Assembly: GCF_002571385.2 (NCBI RefSeq)
Contig: NW_019218170.1
Span: 173,909-237,908 of the forward strand
Reading direction: 5' to 3'
Length of the DNA: 64,000 nt
From: Stylophora pistillata
Lineage: Eukaryota
Shown: one piece after another, positions 62,401 through 64,000 of the stretch
Layout: the number at the start of each line of letters is the position of its first letter
Position numbering within the stretch: the stretch's first letter is position 1
The notes under the pieces: generated by a model
The model's input: only the letters and a program-made list of their open reading frames with translations
Database searches by the model: none
Told to the model about the DNA's origin: nothing
Position numbers and translations under genes: made by a program

Positions 62401-63628
62401 AGCAAAACGAATGGGGGAGATTGCTCTCAGCGAAAAGATGAATGCAATGGTTGCAGCTGCTCTCATGAGCAATCTGCAGAACCCACTCGAAATCAAACAA
62501 GAAATTTTCAAAGTGAAGGAACCAGGGATAAACCGGATCACTCTATAGCGAATGGCTGTGTGGTTTGTTCAAGCGAAGGGCAAGCTGTTTTGAAGACTAA
62601 ATTTGAGAGTATGGAAAAAGAAATGAGTCAAGTTACAGAGAAAATGAATCAAGTTCGCTCAGAAAAACTACAGGTAAGTTAAATGAAGTTAAATACTTAT
62701 CATATTTGCTGTTTTTGTTTTTGTCTGTTTGTTTGATTTTTTTTTTTTTTTCGTGAAGAGCATGAATTACTTGTTAAAAATATTATATCTCTCACGATTT
62801 AGGAAAACAGTTTTTTAAGAAATTATCGGCACTCGGAGATAAAATTAACTTTCAGGATTATCTCAGTTGTATCTACGCGCGACCCTATCAAAAAGAAACC
62901 CAAAAGAAATGGAAAAGAAAATTTCGGAGAAAGATAAAAATGAAACCACTTGTAATAAGGTGTTGGATCCACTAACCTTGACGCTCGCTGAGAAGCTCTC
63001 CAAACAAAGTTTGCAAGATGATGGTATCATTTCAGTTAAAGCAAATATGACAATGTTTAAAAAATAGCGTCAGATCAGAGCATAGCTACTAACTATGATC
63101 AGAGTACGCCAAACTTTCCCACCTTCCGATACGCTTGCACATCCGGATATTTTTACGGAGAAGCCAATCAAAAAAAAGCGCGAGAAACATGTGGATGACT
63201 TCTGAGTCAAGATTTTGGTGGTTGCTTTATTTTCGCTAGTTCCGTCGGTAAAAATCTTGGGGTAAACATCTTATCCTAGAAAGTTTCAATTCAGTTTTTT
63301 TTTTTTTTAATTTTTTTAATGTTTATTTCCTTTTCAGCTGGAAAAACGCTTGAAGGAATTGCAAGAAAGTCGTGACAAAGAAGAAAATGCGCTGCGTGGT
63401 GAAATAAACCAACTACAACAAGAGAAAAGGCAGTTACAGGAAACAGTTGTACAATATCAGTCAAACGAACAGAAGCAAAAACACGAATATGAGCAATTAC
63501 TGTACCGTGCTCAGGAAATGCAGGAAATGCTTGAAAGAGAAACACAAGAAAAGTTCGCTTCTATTGCTGAGCAGAAATCTTTGAGACAGCAGGTTGAGAA
63601 CTTGTCTAAGAACATGAAATCATTGCAA
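56471..63628 (+). CDS. 5' part of a multi-exon coiled-coil protein gene (continues past window end)
   Basis: Exons 56471-56875 (phase 0), 61656-61767 or 61785 (phase 1), 62231-62673 (phase 0) and 63338-63628 join in frame with GT/AG sites. The later exons are E/Q/K-rich heptads (LEKRLKELQESRDKEENALRGEINQLQQEK). Family not recognised. Confidence 0.75.
59671..59842. mobile_element. Small MITE with internal perfect palindrome
   Basis: TIRs tgctttcaataaga / tcttattgaaagca; 22-bp palindrome acccgctggagctccagcgggt at 59801-59822. Confidence 0.7.
60798..61100 (+). mobile_element. Full-length tRNA-derived SINE (Deu/Nin-type core)
   Basis: A-box-like tggtctcatggttgg, B-box-like gcttcgagccc, core ttgtgttgtgttcctaggcaagacactttactctcacagtgcctct..aaatgggtacc, tail cttactt. 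Confidence 0.85.
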
Positions 63629-63714
63629 GTAAGCTTGAGTTTTTTTCATTATTTCTTTGTCTGAATCAATACCGTTTCAAAGCATTGCAGAGAATGACTA
63701 GATAAATTATGCAG

Positions 63715-63921
63715 GTGGCCCGGGTTCGATTCCCGGACCTGGCGACACATGTGGATTGAGTTTGTTGTTGGTTTTCGTCCTTGCTCCGAGGGTTTTTCTC
63801 CGGGTCCTCCAGTTTTCCTCCCTCCGCAAAAACCAACATTCCAAATTCCAATTCGATCTGGAAACAGTGGACTAGAAGAGCCACCCAGTGGAATGTCCAT
63901 TGATAAATTATTTATTTATTT
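63715..63921 (+). mobile_element. 5'-truncated tRNA-derived SINE with V-domain-like core
   Basis: B-box GGTTCGATTCCC, core gggtttttctccgggtcctccagttttcctccc, (ATTT)n tail. Confidence 0.75.
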
Positions 63922-64000
63922 AATTTTTGAGCGTAATGCTACTAGAGTCAGAACATCGAGCATGATACCCGCATAATGACTAAACTTCTTAAAATCCCCT

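Overview
Eukaryotic (animal) genomic DNA, AT-rich and repeat-rich, with three assembly gaps. Gene and repeat content point to an anthozoan cnidarian, most likely a scleractinian coral (inference). Main contents: (1) a complete 6-exon minus-strand gene (10546-16319, 665 aa) for a type II membrane protein with TM, collagen, two Ig domains and an ALK/LTK-type glycine-rich domain but no kinase; (2) a head-to-head inverted duplication carrying two independently broken 3-exon genes for a secreted single D8C (uromodulin/GP2/OIT3-type) domain protein; (3) an intronless 4-EF-hand gene set head-to-head with a candidate small secreted peptide precursor; (4) three Shaker/Kv1-family genes with intron-free coding regions and altered S6 gates and T1 interfaces, matching cnidarian regulatory ('silent') subunits, each with its own pore or N-terminal oddity; (5) the 5' part of a coiled-coil gene at the right end and a lone signal-peptide exon near the left end; (6) many mobile elements, including CR1/L2-type LINE relics (one split by a TTAA-flanked Kolobok-like element), a Harbinger derivative with a nested Penelope fragment, hammerhead-ribozyme-bearing repeats, tRNA-derived SINEs and palindromic MITEs. 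Exon boundaries were read by eye from GT/AG sites and phase consistency. No database searches were run.
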